Positions 55,001-62,927 of a DNA stretch of 64,000 bases are shown piece after piece. Source of the DNA: an uncultured Acidobacteriota bacterium. Its GTDB lineage: Bacteria; Acidobacteriota; Thermoanaerobaculia; Thermoanaerobaculales; Sulfomarinibacteraceae. The first letter of the stretch is position 1. Each line of letters opens with the position of its first letter. The notes beneath the pieces were generated by a model. It was not told where the DNA came from. It was given only the letters and a program-made list of their open reading frames with translations, and ran no database searches. The DNA lies in NCBI GenBank assembly GCA_963814875.1, contig CAWFFJ010000018.1, forward strand, positions 333,611 through 397,610, in the 5' to 3' direction. Position numbers and translations under genes: made by a program.

Positions 55001-57889
55001 GCTTGCGGGGTCCCAACCCCCGCCGAAGGTGACCGTCCCGCGATTGACGCCGGCCGAGCCTTCCCGAATGGTGACCGCGCCGCCGCGAAGATCCGCGATC
55101 AGGCTCAGGTCGCGGATCTCCACGGGCGGATCGCGCAAGACGATGGTGCCGTCGGGGTGCTTCACATGCACGCTTCCGATCGGCGCGTCCCAAGGCCCCG
55201 CGAGCTCCACCGCGAGATGGAGCGGCTTGGTCCCGTGCAACGGTACCGGCAACAACGACAGCAGCTCCGGCGCCAGCTCGGCCTCGAGCGAGGCCCGGAG
55301 GTCCTTGGCCGCGAGGTCCAACCGACCGGCGGCCTCGACTCGGCTCCGCGGTCCGACGAGCTCGACCGGCTCGAGGTCGACCACGGACCCGTCAAGGGTC
55401 ATCACCACCGTCTGCTGGGCCTTGAGATCGATGTTGGCGCCGGTGATCTCGAGCGCTTCGAGGCGGACCTCGAGCGCGCGGTCGGCGGGGTCGGCAGGCG
55501 ACCAGCGCCCGTCCGCGGCAAGGTCGAAGGTCGCTCGGGCGGGCATTTCAGGCTGTCCCAGTGCCGCGAGCAGCTGCGAGGTGTCCATTCCCTGGCCTCG
55601 GATGCGGGCCTGGACCGCTCCGCCCGGTGCGTCAGGCCACAGCCACGACGGCCGCGGAAAGTCGCCAAGCGGCGCCACCACGCGCAGATCGAGCGGGCCC
55701 GGCGCCGCTTCGACCTGGGTAGTCGCCAGCACAATCACCCCACCCGCCATGCCGCCGGTCAGCGCGACATGCTCCACCGCCGGGCTCGCGGCACTGCTGT
55801 GCCACTCGGCGCTGAGCTCGGCCTCCGGGCGTGCGGTCGAGCCCGTCACCCGCAAGCTGCCGTCGAGCCGGCCCGTCAGGGCCTCCGGAAGCTCGGCGAT
55901 CAGCTCGGCCAGCTCGATCCCGTTCCAGTCGAGGGTGAGCTCGAGCGGGCCGTCGAGATCCTGCACCGAGGCGGAGCCGGCGGCGTGCACCTCTCCCCCG
56001 GCAAGCCGAACCGCAGCGGAAGTGACCGTGACACGCTGTGGGGTCGCGGTCGCTTCGAGCTCGGCCTCGTCGACCACCCACCGGTCGATCGCCAACTGTT
56101 TCCCCGACGCTGAAACCTCGGCCTGCCAGCCGTCCGCCGTGAGGTTGAACGTCCCTCGTGCCGTCACGGCCCCTGCGAGAGCCGGCAGGTCCGAACCCGG
56201 TACCCGCGCGGCAATAACGGACAGGTCGGCGGCCCCGGCCTCGAACCGCCCAGCCGCGATTCGCTCGCGCAGAGCCGCCGTACCTTCCGCGGAGGCGGTG
56301 AGCCCGTCGCCGGTGTCGACCGCGGCCTGCCACTCGATCTCGTTCAGGTCACCGCGCGCCGACGCTGCAACGCGCGAGAACTGCTGGCCGGCGAGCACGG
56401 GCGTCTGCCATGCGAGCTCGGTCGCAACCGTCGGAGCCTCGACCGTGCCGCCGAGGCGGAGGTCCATCGTCAGCGGACCGCCTCCGACCTCAGGGAGCGT
56501 CGGCAGGTTCTCGGCCCATCGCCTTGCCTCGGCCTCGAAAGCGGCCGAATCGATCACCTCGAGGTGGAGATCAGCCTCGAGCGCGCCCCCGAGCGCCACC
56601 GTTCCGGCGCCCGTGAGCGTTGCGCCGGGAGCCTCGAGCCGCAGCTCGGAGACGCTCGCCCGACCGTCGGCGAAGCGTGCCGAAGCGGACGCCCGGCCGT
56701 CGTCCCAGACTGCGATCAGGTCCGCCTGTCCCAGGAGGGACGCGGGTTCGACCGGAGAAGGCGGCACGGTCAGGTCAACCGGTCCCGAGAGCCGCAACGA
56801 GGGGGGCAGCCGTACCGGAAGCTCGGACCCGGCCAGCTCGGCAAGCCGAGCCGCCGCGAGGCCGTCGAGCTCCGCGTGGACTGTCGCACTCCCATCGGGC
56901 CGAAGGGTGAACTCCGCGCGTCCCCACCCCGGCCCCGCTGCACTCAGCTTCGGTGCACCATCGGCGGTTTCGATCGCGAGTCGGTCGACAACAATCCCGG
57001 CGACCTCGATCGGCTGGCCGACGTGCCGAAGGTCAAGGCGGAGGCCAACGTCGGCCGACCACCCCACGTCACCGCTGAGGTCGAGACGTCCGACCAGGGC
57101 GGCCCGCGCAGCCAGCTCCGGGTCCCACCACGCCACCACCACGCCCGGCGCCACTTCGAGCTCGACGTGGCCGACTGCTGAGCGGACCCCGCCGTCGCCG
57201 ATCTCGGCGCTGCCGGTCGCATGGAGCTCGACCGCCCCGCCGACCACGAGCCGTGTCACCGAAACGCCGGTGGAGCTCGCGGAGGCCTCGGCCACGGTCG
57301 ACGTCAGGGCGAGGGTGCGTCCTTCCCGGGTCAGCTCGATCGTACCCACGTCGATGCGTGCGCGCGCCGCCGCTCCGCGCAGCTCGCCTGAGAGCTGCAC
57401 GCCCCGTGCGTCGACCGCGACATCCTGAAAGGCCGCCAGCAGGTCCCCCCCGCGCAACGCGAGGTGGTCGATCTCGATCACCCGGAAGGGATCCACTGCA
57501 GCTCCGGTCGAGGGCTCCCTGGAGGTCAGCTCGGGCAGGTCGCCCCTCAGGTCAGCGTGGAGCCCCTCGACGGTGACCTGGCGCAGCCGCGGCACATCGC
57601 GGAAGAGGTCTCGCCACCGCCACCGGACCACGATCTGCTCGACCGTCACCACCGTCCGGCCCTCGGCGCCCACGGCGACGTCGCCGAGCTCGAGCCGCCC
57701 CGGCCACGGGCGGAAGGCGACCGACCCGGCATCGACCCGCCAGCCGGTCGAGTCCGTGATCGTCTTCGTGACTCGGTCCCACCCAGCTCGCTGCACGCCG
57801 GGCAGCGAGACGATCAGCGCGAGACCCAGAACCAGGATCAGAACGCCTGCGAGGCTGATGAGAAGCAGACGGCGGCGCCGTGTCACCAC
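52013..57889 (-). CDS. TamB-like (AsmA-like/DUF490) translocation-and-assembly protein fused to a C-terminal five-POTRA plus Omp85 beta-barrel (TamA/BamA-like) module
   Basis: One uninterrupted 1958-codon ORF. N-terminal signal-anchor RRRRLLLISLAGVLILVLGLALIV. Long beta-rich repeats. The TamB C-terminal signature ends RFSIGQSIGRHLALFFTTDL...LLQLWNLRQLPGLALQGFSS (about aa 1230). The linker SWGGSPEAGEG is followed by five POTRA-like units and a barrel ending GFGFRWATPIGPIWGDIAWP...KFYIGFGRPF. Confidence 0.85.
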   Translation of the reverse strand: MVTRRRRLLLISLAGVLILVLGLALIVSLPGVQRAGWDRVTKTITDSTGWRVDAGSVAFRPWPGRLELGDVAVGAEGRTVVTVEQIVVRWRWRDLFRDVPRLRQVTVEGLHADLRGDLPELTSREPSTGAAVDPFRVIEIDHLALRGGDLLAAFQDVAVDARGVQLSGELRGAAARARIDVGTIELTREGRTLALTSTVAEASASSTGVSVTRLVVGGAVELHATGSAEIGDGGVRSAVGHVELEVAPGVVVAWWDPELAARAALVGRLDLSGDVGWSADVGLRLDLRHVGQPIEVAGIVVDRLAIETADGAPKLSAAGPGWGRAEFTLRPDGSATVHAELDGLAAARLAELAGSELPVRLPPSLRLSGPVDLTVPPSPVEPASLLGQADLIAVWDDGRASASARFADGRASVSELRLEAPGATLTGAGTVALGGALEADLHLEVIDSAAFEAEARRWAENLPTLPEVGGGPLTMDLRLGGTVEAPTVATELAWQTPVLAGQQFSRVAASARGDLNEIEWQAAVDTGDGLTASAEGTAALRERIAAGRFEAGAADLSVIAARVPGSDLPALAGAVTARGTFNLTADGWQAEVSASGKQLAIDRWVVDEAELEATATPQRVTVTSAAVRLAGGEVHAAGSASVQDLDGPLELTLDWNGIELAELIAELPEALTGRLDGSLRVTGSTARPEAELSAEWHSSAASPAVEHVALTGGMAGGVIVLATTQVEAAPGPLDLRVVAPLGDFPRPSWLWPDAPGGAVQARIRGQGMDTSQLLAALGQPEMPARATFDLAADGRWSPADPADRALEVRLEALEITGANIDLKAQQTVVMTLDGSVVDLEPVELVGPRSRVEAAGRLDLAAKDLRASLEAELAPELLSLLPVPLHGTKPLHLAVELAGPWDAPIGSVHVKHPDGTIVLRDPPVEIRDLSLIADLRGGAVTIREGSAGVNRGTVTFGGGWDPASGQGIVFELKDVVFLLPGQIISRWSGDLSVGPTSRGLALVEGELVLDGGMWDAPVSLADLIAGEGTAPLAADDPLFGILLDIDVRGRGGIQVNNNLGKFDLGWSVLSITGNAAEPRVVGEVNIAPGGVLTVGGQAVKLQRGTIELTGEPGAEPQVDLVAETGTTFGAGGGGATWDDLARVGLAQGVTSVLGLNNEALEPADIAVETEKPPATRFSIGQSIGRHLALFFTTDLRQPQDTTTLLQLWNLRQLPGLALQGFSSTNEQWGWAAIERASWGGSPEAGEGPIVRKVNLEGPWPLSKRRLRRAVGVTPGQPFDPFLVFVGELRLERALAEEGYYEAVVEGEASTDERRRTLTFRAEPGPRQAFEFRGDKVKTAWRREVEALYLPPPLEKTALQTMKGDLERRLAATEHPDARIDILRDGDLVVVQVDEGPKLKLTGPRVVGLPPGAADFVSSILGSPAELASLEDAVPAMKARVERLLDREGYPDAKVVSIRREPIEKGIAEVVVEVDPGTRLEVASVRLDGTDPLGALPREGENLAPGSPVSRRRLDDVARRMRRTYREAGYVEATVRVDVERADQSRAPTVVVRLEPGPLRMVESVDISGLRHLKESVVRHGVEIRPGQPLSPSGVDQTIENLAGFRPIQRVEVRSIPTGPDAANVEVEVFEKDRWTAGGGARWTSDRGTEAVLDLRDDNLLGRGFSLNLRGRKASDEQDGLVLLSLPPLPGNTITVSGSVHFNTLDTPGPIWVNRRETREATLEMNRQINVGAVERVYYTFSRVHNYDVDSTDIFPYDTTTDIGTVGVQFYRDRLDNPFLPSRGNYVSADLGWSPQALGSDLDTARSFLTGTLAWSPGRDITLYQSLRLGVAVALTGELDPVLKFKTGGQGTIRGFEFESVGHTVDYVGIPDVVGGGALLILNEELRVRVWGGLRLAVFVDAGQAWESWNRREEPLAVGAGFGFRWATPIGPIWGDIAWPVANPGLNSGPKFYIGFGRPF

Positions 57890-58107
57890 ACGAGTCTACC
57901 CGAGGCCGGTGGGAGCCGGGGCTTGTCCCGGCGCACCGGTGAGCGGAACCCGAATGCGCGCAGCGCGTCACTGGAGGCGGGATCCGCGCAGCGAATCCAA
58001 GGCAGCGCGTACCCTAGTGCCCCTGCCCCCGCTCCCCCGACGGATCCGCCTCTCAAGGGGCACTGCGGCATGCGCTGCTAAGGTATCCTTCGCAGGGGAG
58101 ACCAGCC

Positions 58108-59166
58108 ATGAAAGCCGTGATTCTCGGGACCGGGATGCACGTTCCGCAACTGGTGATTCGCAACGACGACCTGGCGCGGATCATGGAGACCACGGACGAG
58201 TGGATCCGGGTGCGGACCGGAATCGAGGAGCGGCACTACGCCGAGCCGGGCGTGGCGTCCTCCGACCTTGGGGTGGAGGCCGCGCGGGCCGCGCTCGCCG
58301 ACGCGGGCATCGCCCTCGAGGAGATCGACTACGTCGTCTTCGCCACCATGACGCCGGACTACTACTTCCCGGGCTCCGGACCGATCCTCCAGCACAAGCT
58401 CGGCCTTCCCATGGTCCCGTGCCTCGACATCCGCCAGCAGTGCGCCGGCTTCATCTATGCGCTCCAGGTCGCGGACGCGATCATCCGTTCCGGCCAGTAC
58501 AAGAAGCTGCTGTTGGTGGGATCCGAGGTTCACACCTCCTTGCAACCGTGGTCCGACTCCACCTGGCGTGTGCTGCTGGGCGAAACGCCCGGCCCCGTCA
58601 CGCCGGACGAGTGGCAGCGCAACAACGCGACCCGCGACCGCACCGTCCTCTTCGGAGACGGCTCGGGCGCCGTCGTGATCGGCGCCGCCGACGGCGAACG
58701 GGGCATCCTCGACGTCCTGCTCCATTCCGACGGCGCCAACGTCGAGCGTTTGTGGACCAAGGCCGGAGGCAGTGCCTTCCGGCCCTACTTTGACGCCACC
58801 ATGGTGGAGACCGGGGACATCACTCCGGTGGTCGAAGGCCGCGAGGTGTATCGCCTGGCGGTGCGGTTCATGCCCGAGGTGACCCTGGCGATCCTCGAGC
58901 GCAACGGGTTGACCGTGGACGACCTCGACCTCGTGATCATGCACCAGGCCAACCTGCGCATCAACGAGGGCGTCCAGAAGCGGCTCGGGCTGCCGAACGA
59001 GAAGGTCTTCAATAACATCCAGAAGTACGGCAACACCACCGCGGCCACGATCCCGATCGCGTTCCACGAGGCGCGCAAGGCGGGTCGCGTGAAACCGGGC
59101 GACCTGGTGTGCTTCGTCGGTCTCGGCAGCGGCCTCAACTGGGGCGCGGTCCTCTACCGGGCGTGA
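58108..59166 (+). CDS. fabH: beta-ketoacyl-ACP synthase III (KAS III)
   Basis: Active Cys context DIRQQCAGFIYAL, HQANLRI, GNTTAATIP, 352 aa with an internal insertion. Confidence 0.9.
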   Translation: MKAVILGTGMHVPQLVIRNDDLARIMETTDEWIRVRTGIEERHYAEPGVASSDLGVEAARAALADAGIALEEIDYVVFATMTPDYYFPGSGPILQHKLGLPMVPCLDIRQQCAGFIYALQVADAIIRSGQYKKLLLVGSEVHTSLQPWSDSTWRVLLGETPGPVTPDEWQRNNATRDRTVLFGDGSGAVVIGAADGERGILDVLLHSDGANVERLWTKAGGSAFRPYFDATMVETGDITPVVEGREVYRLAVRFMPEVTLAILERNGLTVDDLDLVIMHQANLRINEGVQKRLGLPNEKVFNNIQKYGNTTAATIPIAFHEARKAGRVKPGDLVCFVGLGSGLNWGAVLYRA

Positions 59167-59176
59167 GCCGAAGGGG

Positions 59177-59360
59177 ACAAACCACCAAGACACCAAGAAG
59201 ACATCAGGTAGCCCAGGCAGCAAGACCCGGGGGGAAAGGGCGGTCGAACACGGCATCGGAGGGCGACCACAGGCCTGAAGCGAAGAGGCTCTCTCTCACC
59301 GAGCCGGGGTCCGAACTCTTCTCTCTGTGATGGCTTCGTGTCTTGGTGGTGGTTCTTCAG
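59177..59360. repeat. palindromic intergenic element, CACCAAGA-type (about 184 bp), between convergent fabH and the ACT gene
   Basis: The left arm AAACCACCAAGACACCAAGAAGACATCAG pairs with the right arm CTGTGATGGCTTCGTGTCTTGGTGGTGGTTC (complementary apart from a 3-nt indel and a few mismatches). The right end overlaps the stop codon at 59357-59359. Confidence 0.8.
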
Positions 59361-59884
59361 CCGCTGACTGGCTCGACGGTGACTTCGACGTTCATCTCGT
59401 CACCGACAGCTCCGAGCGCTGCAGCGAGCTCGTCGCACGAGATGCCCGGCGGAATCGAAACCGTCGCCCGCATCTGGAACAGCGGCTGACCGCTCATCGG
59501 TGCGGCCTCGACCTCGGTGTCGAGCGACTCCACGTTGACTGCACGCCGTGCGAGATCACGCGCCACCGCATGGATGATGCCCATGTGATCGGCGCCGGAG
59601 ACGCGAATCGTCGCCCGGCCGGCTTCGGCCACTGGCGGGCCCATGCTGGTCAGGCGCGTGTGTACCACGTACGACTCTTCAGCCAGCCGTTCCACCGCGC
59701 TCCGAAGGTCGTCGATCCGCTGTACCGGCGCCGCCACCAGAACCAGCATCGCGAACTCGCCCCCGAGCCGCGCCATCCGGCTCGACTCGACGTTGCCGCC
59801 GTGCTCGACGATCAGGCGGGTGACCCTCTCCACGAGCCCCGGTCGGTCGTTTCCGGTCGCGGTCAGGACGAGGTGCTGGCGCAT
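59357..59884 (-). CDS. tandem ACT-domain protein (GcvR-like)
   Basis: LVLTATGNDRPGLVERVTRLIVEHGGNVESSRMARLGGEFAMLVLV and a second ACT unit IRVSGADHMGIIHAVARDLARRAVNVESL. The stop codon lies inside a repeat arm. Confidence 0.7.
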   Translation of the reverse strand: MRQHLVLTATGNDRPGLVERVTRLIVEHGGNVESSRMARLGGEFAMLVLVAAPVQRIDDLRSAVERLAEESYVVHTRLTSMGPPVAEAGRATIRVSGADHMGIIHAVARDLARRAVNVESLDTEVEAAPMSGQPLFQMRATVSIPPGISCDELAAALGAVGDEMNVEVTVEPVSG

Positions 59885-60096
59885 GCTCTGGCTCCCATGG
59901 CAACGGACGGCTCGGAGCCGATCCCAACCTGCAACAGGGTTTCAACCGGACCGCTTCCCTTTCCCACGTGTTCTTCCCTCGAAACCACGGGTCGAGGTGC
60001 CGCTCCTCGAAGCCGCCCGGTACGGCCCTCTCCCGGACCTTCGAAGCGGTTCCGGCCGGAGCGCCCTACTCCGGCTGTGCCTGCTCTGAAACCCCA

Positions 60097-60113
60097 GTCG
60101 AGCGCAGCTCGAC
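60097..60113 (-). terminator. short hairpin downstream of the sigma/anti-sigma operon
   Basis: GTCGAGC-GCA-GCTCGAC, 36 nt after the anti-sigma stop, followed on the minus strand by TGGGGTTTC. Short stem and weak T-tract. Confidence 0.3.
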
Positions 60114-60148
60114 ACCAGCATCTGTCACCGGTCCTCCGGTGAGAGATG

Positions 60149-60799
60149 CTAGGACTGCGCCGGGAGCTGCGAAGCGCGCCACAGCAGGTCGACCTCGTCA
60201 CGCCGGGTCTCGAAGAGCAGACGACGGAGGTCCGCGTTGTCGGGCTCGTGAACCAGGGCACGCTCGATCGACGCGATGGCTTGGTCGATGACCTTGAGGT
60301 TCTCGTCGATGACGGCTCGGGTGCGCGGAGTGAGCGACTCACGGCGCTGGTCGAAGACCCGCTCGAGCTGCCCGCTGAGGCGGATCAGCTCGGCGTCGGT
60401 GCCACGCCAGCTCGCCTCCATCAACCCGGCCGGCGCGCTCGCGCTCTCCCGCGACGCCCCCCCGGACACCGACTGTCCGTGCCCCGCGACCAGCGCACCG
60501 AGCGCCGCCGCGACGACCAGCGCGGCAGCCATCGCAAGCGCGCGCAGCACCGGTCGACGAACGTGAACGGAAGCGCCCGCGCCCAGCCGGGCCGCGATCC
60601 GCGGCCACAGGTCGCGCTCCGGCGTCACCGTCCGCGGCAGCGACCGAGCGGCCGCGACCAGCGAGTGGAGGTCGACCAGCTCGGCGCGGCATGCGGCACA
60701 CGACTCGAGGTGCGTGAGCACAGCGGGCTTGCGAGCAGCATCGAGCTCGCCGTCTACCAGATCGTCGAGAAGTGGTCGAATCTCACTACAGCCGTTCAT
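60149..60799 (-). CDS. anti-sigma factor (zf-HC2 type, single TM)
   Basis: N-terminal HLESCAACRAEL (HxxxCxxC), TM ALAMAAALVVAAALGALVAG. ATGA overlap with the upstream sigma-factor stop. Confidence 0.8.
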   Translation of the reverse strand: MNGCSEIRPLLDDLVDGELDAARKPAVLTHLESCAACRAELVDLHSLVAAARSLPRTVTPERDLWPRIAARLGAGASVHVRRPVLRALAMAAALVVAAALGALVAGHGQSVSGGASRESASAPAGLMEASWRGTDAELIRLSGQLERVFDQRRESLTPRTRAVIDENLKVIDQAIASIERALVHEPDNADLRRLLFETRRDEVDLLWRASQLPAQS

Positions 60800-61365
60800 G
60801 ACAGAGCCTCCCGCAGCAGTCGCCGCGCCCGGTGCAGCTGCGCCTTCGAAGTCCCGACCGCGACCCCGAGCAGGCGTCCGATCTCCTCGTGGCGGTAGCC
60901 CTCGACGTCGTACAGGACGAACACAGTCCGCGCCCCGTCCGGCAGGCCGGCAATGGCCCGCTCGAGGTCGACCGCAACCCCCGGCTCGCTCGCGGGCGCC
61001 GCCTCGGCGGCCGCCTCGATCACATCGCTCGGGCTTTCTCTCAGCTCCCGCCGAATCCGGCTGCGGTGGTGTCCGAGCACCACGTTCACCGTCAGCCGGT
61101 GAAGCCAGGTCGAAAACGCGCTGTCTCCCCGGAACGACCCGAGGTTGCGCCATGCCCTCACGAATGCCTCCTGAGCGAGCTCTTCGGCGACGTCGCGCCG
61201 GCCGGACATCCGCAGGCACAGCGCAAAGACCCGTCCCGCGTTGGCCCGGTAGAGCGCCTCAAAGGCGCCCGCCGCGCCCTGCCGCGCTCGCCGGACGAGG
61301 ATGCTCTCGTCGACGACGGCCACACCATCGGCCGCGTCACCCGGGTCGTCGATCACCTCGGCCAT
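60796..61365 (-). CDS. ECF-type RNA polymerase sigma-70 family factor
   Basis: Region 2 AEELAQEAFVRAWRNLGSFRGDSAFSTWLHRLTVN; region 4 RTVFVLYDVEGYRHEEIGRLLGVAVGTSKAQLHRARRLL. Start ATG 61365; the ORF opens at 61584. Confidence 0.9.
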   Translation of the reverse strand: MAEVIDDPGDAADGVAVVDESILVRRARQGAAGAFEALYRANAGRVFALCLRMSGRRDVAEELAQEAFVRAWRNLGSFRGDSAFSTWLHRLTVNVVLGHHRSRIRRELRESPSDVIEAAAEAAPASEPGVAVDLERAIAGLPDGARTVFVLYDVEGYRHEEIGRLLGVAVGTSKAQLHRARRLLREALS

Positions 61366-61554
61366 CGCCGCGAGCGCTTCCACACCCTCTGAGATGCCAC
61401 AGACATGCACAAAGTTTACGCCGGCTCGGATCCGATCCCCTGCCGGAGAGTCTGCGACCTCCGGGCGGACTCGAAGCGAGGTGCGCGAGACGGCACGTCG
61501 TGTGGTGATGACGACGCCCCGAGGACCGGAGGCGTAGCCCTCCTCCTGCCAGGA

Positions 61555-61738
61555 GAGTCTGCGGTCCGCAAGGAACCTCGTCACGAGGGGCGCACAACGC
61601 CGCGAGCCGGCCCGATTCTCCGTGTGTCGGCCGACGAAGGCGTAGCCCAGCTACGTTGAGGAGGACGACGCGCGGAAAGCGCGTCGGATCGCCGTGGTGG
61701 GCGGTCCGCAGTAGAGGTTCCTTGCGGACCGCAGACTC
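61555..61738. repeat. 184-bp element bounded by perfect 25-bp inverted repeats
   Basis: GAGTCTGCGGTCCGCAAGGAACCTC (61555-61579) has its exact reverse complement GAGGTTCCTTGCGGACCGCAGACTC at 61714-61738. An extra direct copy of GCGGTCCGCA lies at 61701-61710, and an internal hairpin GACGCGC-GGAAA-GCGCGTC is present. Confidence 0.85.
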
Positions 61739-62927
61739 AGAAGTCTATGTACCCCTCGCCCACCCTCACATCCGCCCCGCCCCGGTCGACCTTGACGTCG
61801 ACCTTGTGCCACGCGCCGTCATTGCGCCGACTCGACGGGTAGTAGCCGAGCACGTACTGCTCGCGCAGCTCTTGAAGGATGCCGAGAAACACGGGCTGGA
61901 TCTGGTCGATGGACTGGATCGAGGAAATGCTGCCGCCGGACTGGAGGACCGTCTGCTTGAGGAGCTCGAACTGCTGCTTGTACTCGCTCGGATCACGCCA
62001 CGCCGACGACAGCCGTACACCTTCGTCGTCGGCCTCTGCCGAGCCCGCGCGGCGCAGTCGAATCCAGTAGATCAGCGCCTGGCTCCTGCGGGCACGCTCG
62101 GCGACGTCCTGCATGCTGAGCACGCTGTGCGAGTCGACGCCATCCGAGAGCAGGATCACTACCCGGCGGCCCTGGCGCTGCTCGAGCAGCTTCAACGCAA
62201 CGTAGAGGTAGTCGTGCAGGGCGGTCCCGCCCGCGGCACGGGCGGTGGCGAGGCTGGCGGTGATGACCTCCTGCACGTTGGAGAACGGCGTCGTGTTGAG
62301 CAGGCGGTCGGAGAAGACCATGACCTTGGCCTGGTCGAGCTCCTGCATGCCGCCCACGAAGGCGGTGGCACCGGCCATTGCGGACTGGAGCTTGTCGCCG
62401 GCCATTGACGCGCTCGCGTCGATCATCAGCACCGCGGTGAAGGGGATGTCACCGAGGGCGAAGGTCACAAGATTCTGCTCCGCTCCGTCGTCACGAATCG
62501 TGAAATCCTCGGGTCGCAGGTCGAGAACTCGCTGCTCGTTCTTGCTGACGGTGACGTAGAGCTGCTGCAGCTCGACCTCGATCTCGCGTGCAATCGGGAC
62601 CGCCTGGGACTCCACCCGGTCGGTCGCCTCGCCGCCGGCCTCGGCGCGGGCAATGACCTCGAAGACGTGCGGCGTGTTGTCGGCGCCCAGGTCGACTCGA
62701 AGCCGGTAGGGCTCCACGGACAGTGTCCCGACCGTCCGTCCGTCGACCCGGAACTCGACGCTGGCAACCGGCTCGGCCGCCACGACCTCGGCAACGAAGT
62801 CGACCTCGCCGATCGCAAAGTCGCCGTTCTTCGGCTCCACGATGCGGACCCAAACGTCTGCGGCGTTCGCGGCCGAGGCAGCCGCGACCATGAACGCCAT
62901 CACGACCGTTCGTGCGAGGCTCCCCAT
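61737..62927 (-). CDS. secreted VWA-domain protein (resembles the VWFA-related acidobacterial family)
   Basis: Signal MGSLARTVVMAFMVAAASAANA, Ig-like N-domain, MIDAS DASASM, GGTALHD, ILLSDGVDSHS, end YPSSRRNDGAWHKVDVKV. The stop lies in a 25-bp inverted repeat. Confidence 0.85.
   Translation of the reverse strand: MGSLARTVVMAFMVAAASAANAADVWVRIVEPKNGDFAIGEVDFVAEVVAAEPVASVEFRVDGRTVGTLSVEPYRLRVDLGADNTPHVFEVIARAEAGGEATDRVESQAVPIAREIEVELQQLYVTVSKNEQRVLDLRPEDFTIRDDGAEQNLVTFALGDIPFTAVLMIDASASMAGDKLQSAMAGATAFVGGMQELDQAKVMVFSDRLLNTTPFSNVQEVITASLATARAAGGTALHDYLYVALKLLEQRQGRRVVILLSDGVDSHSVLSMQDVAERARRSQALIYWIRLRRAGSAEADDEGVRLSSAWRDPSEYKQQFELLKQTVLQSGGSISSIQSIDQIQPVFLGILQELREQYVLGYYPSSRRNDGAWHKVDVKVDRGGADVRVGEGYIDF

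Noticed and set aside
53771-57428. Two long plus-strand ORFs (53771..56113, 55029..57428) opposite the giant TamB-Omp85 gene
   Set aside because: Both have extreme Arg/Pro/Ser/Ala composition and no domain signatures. The opposite strand has coherent TamB, POTRA and barrel features along its entire length.
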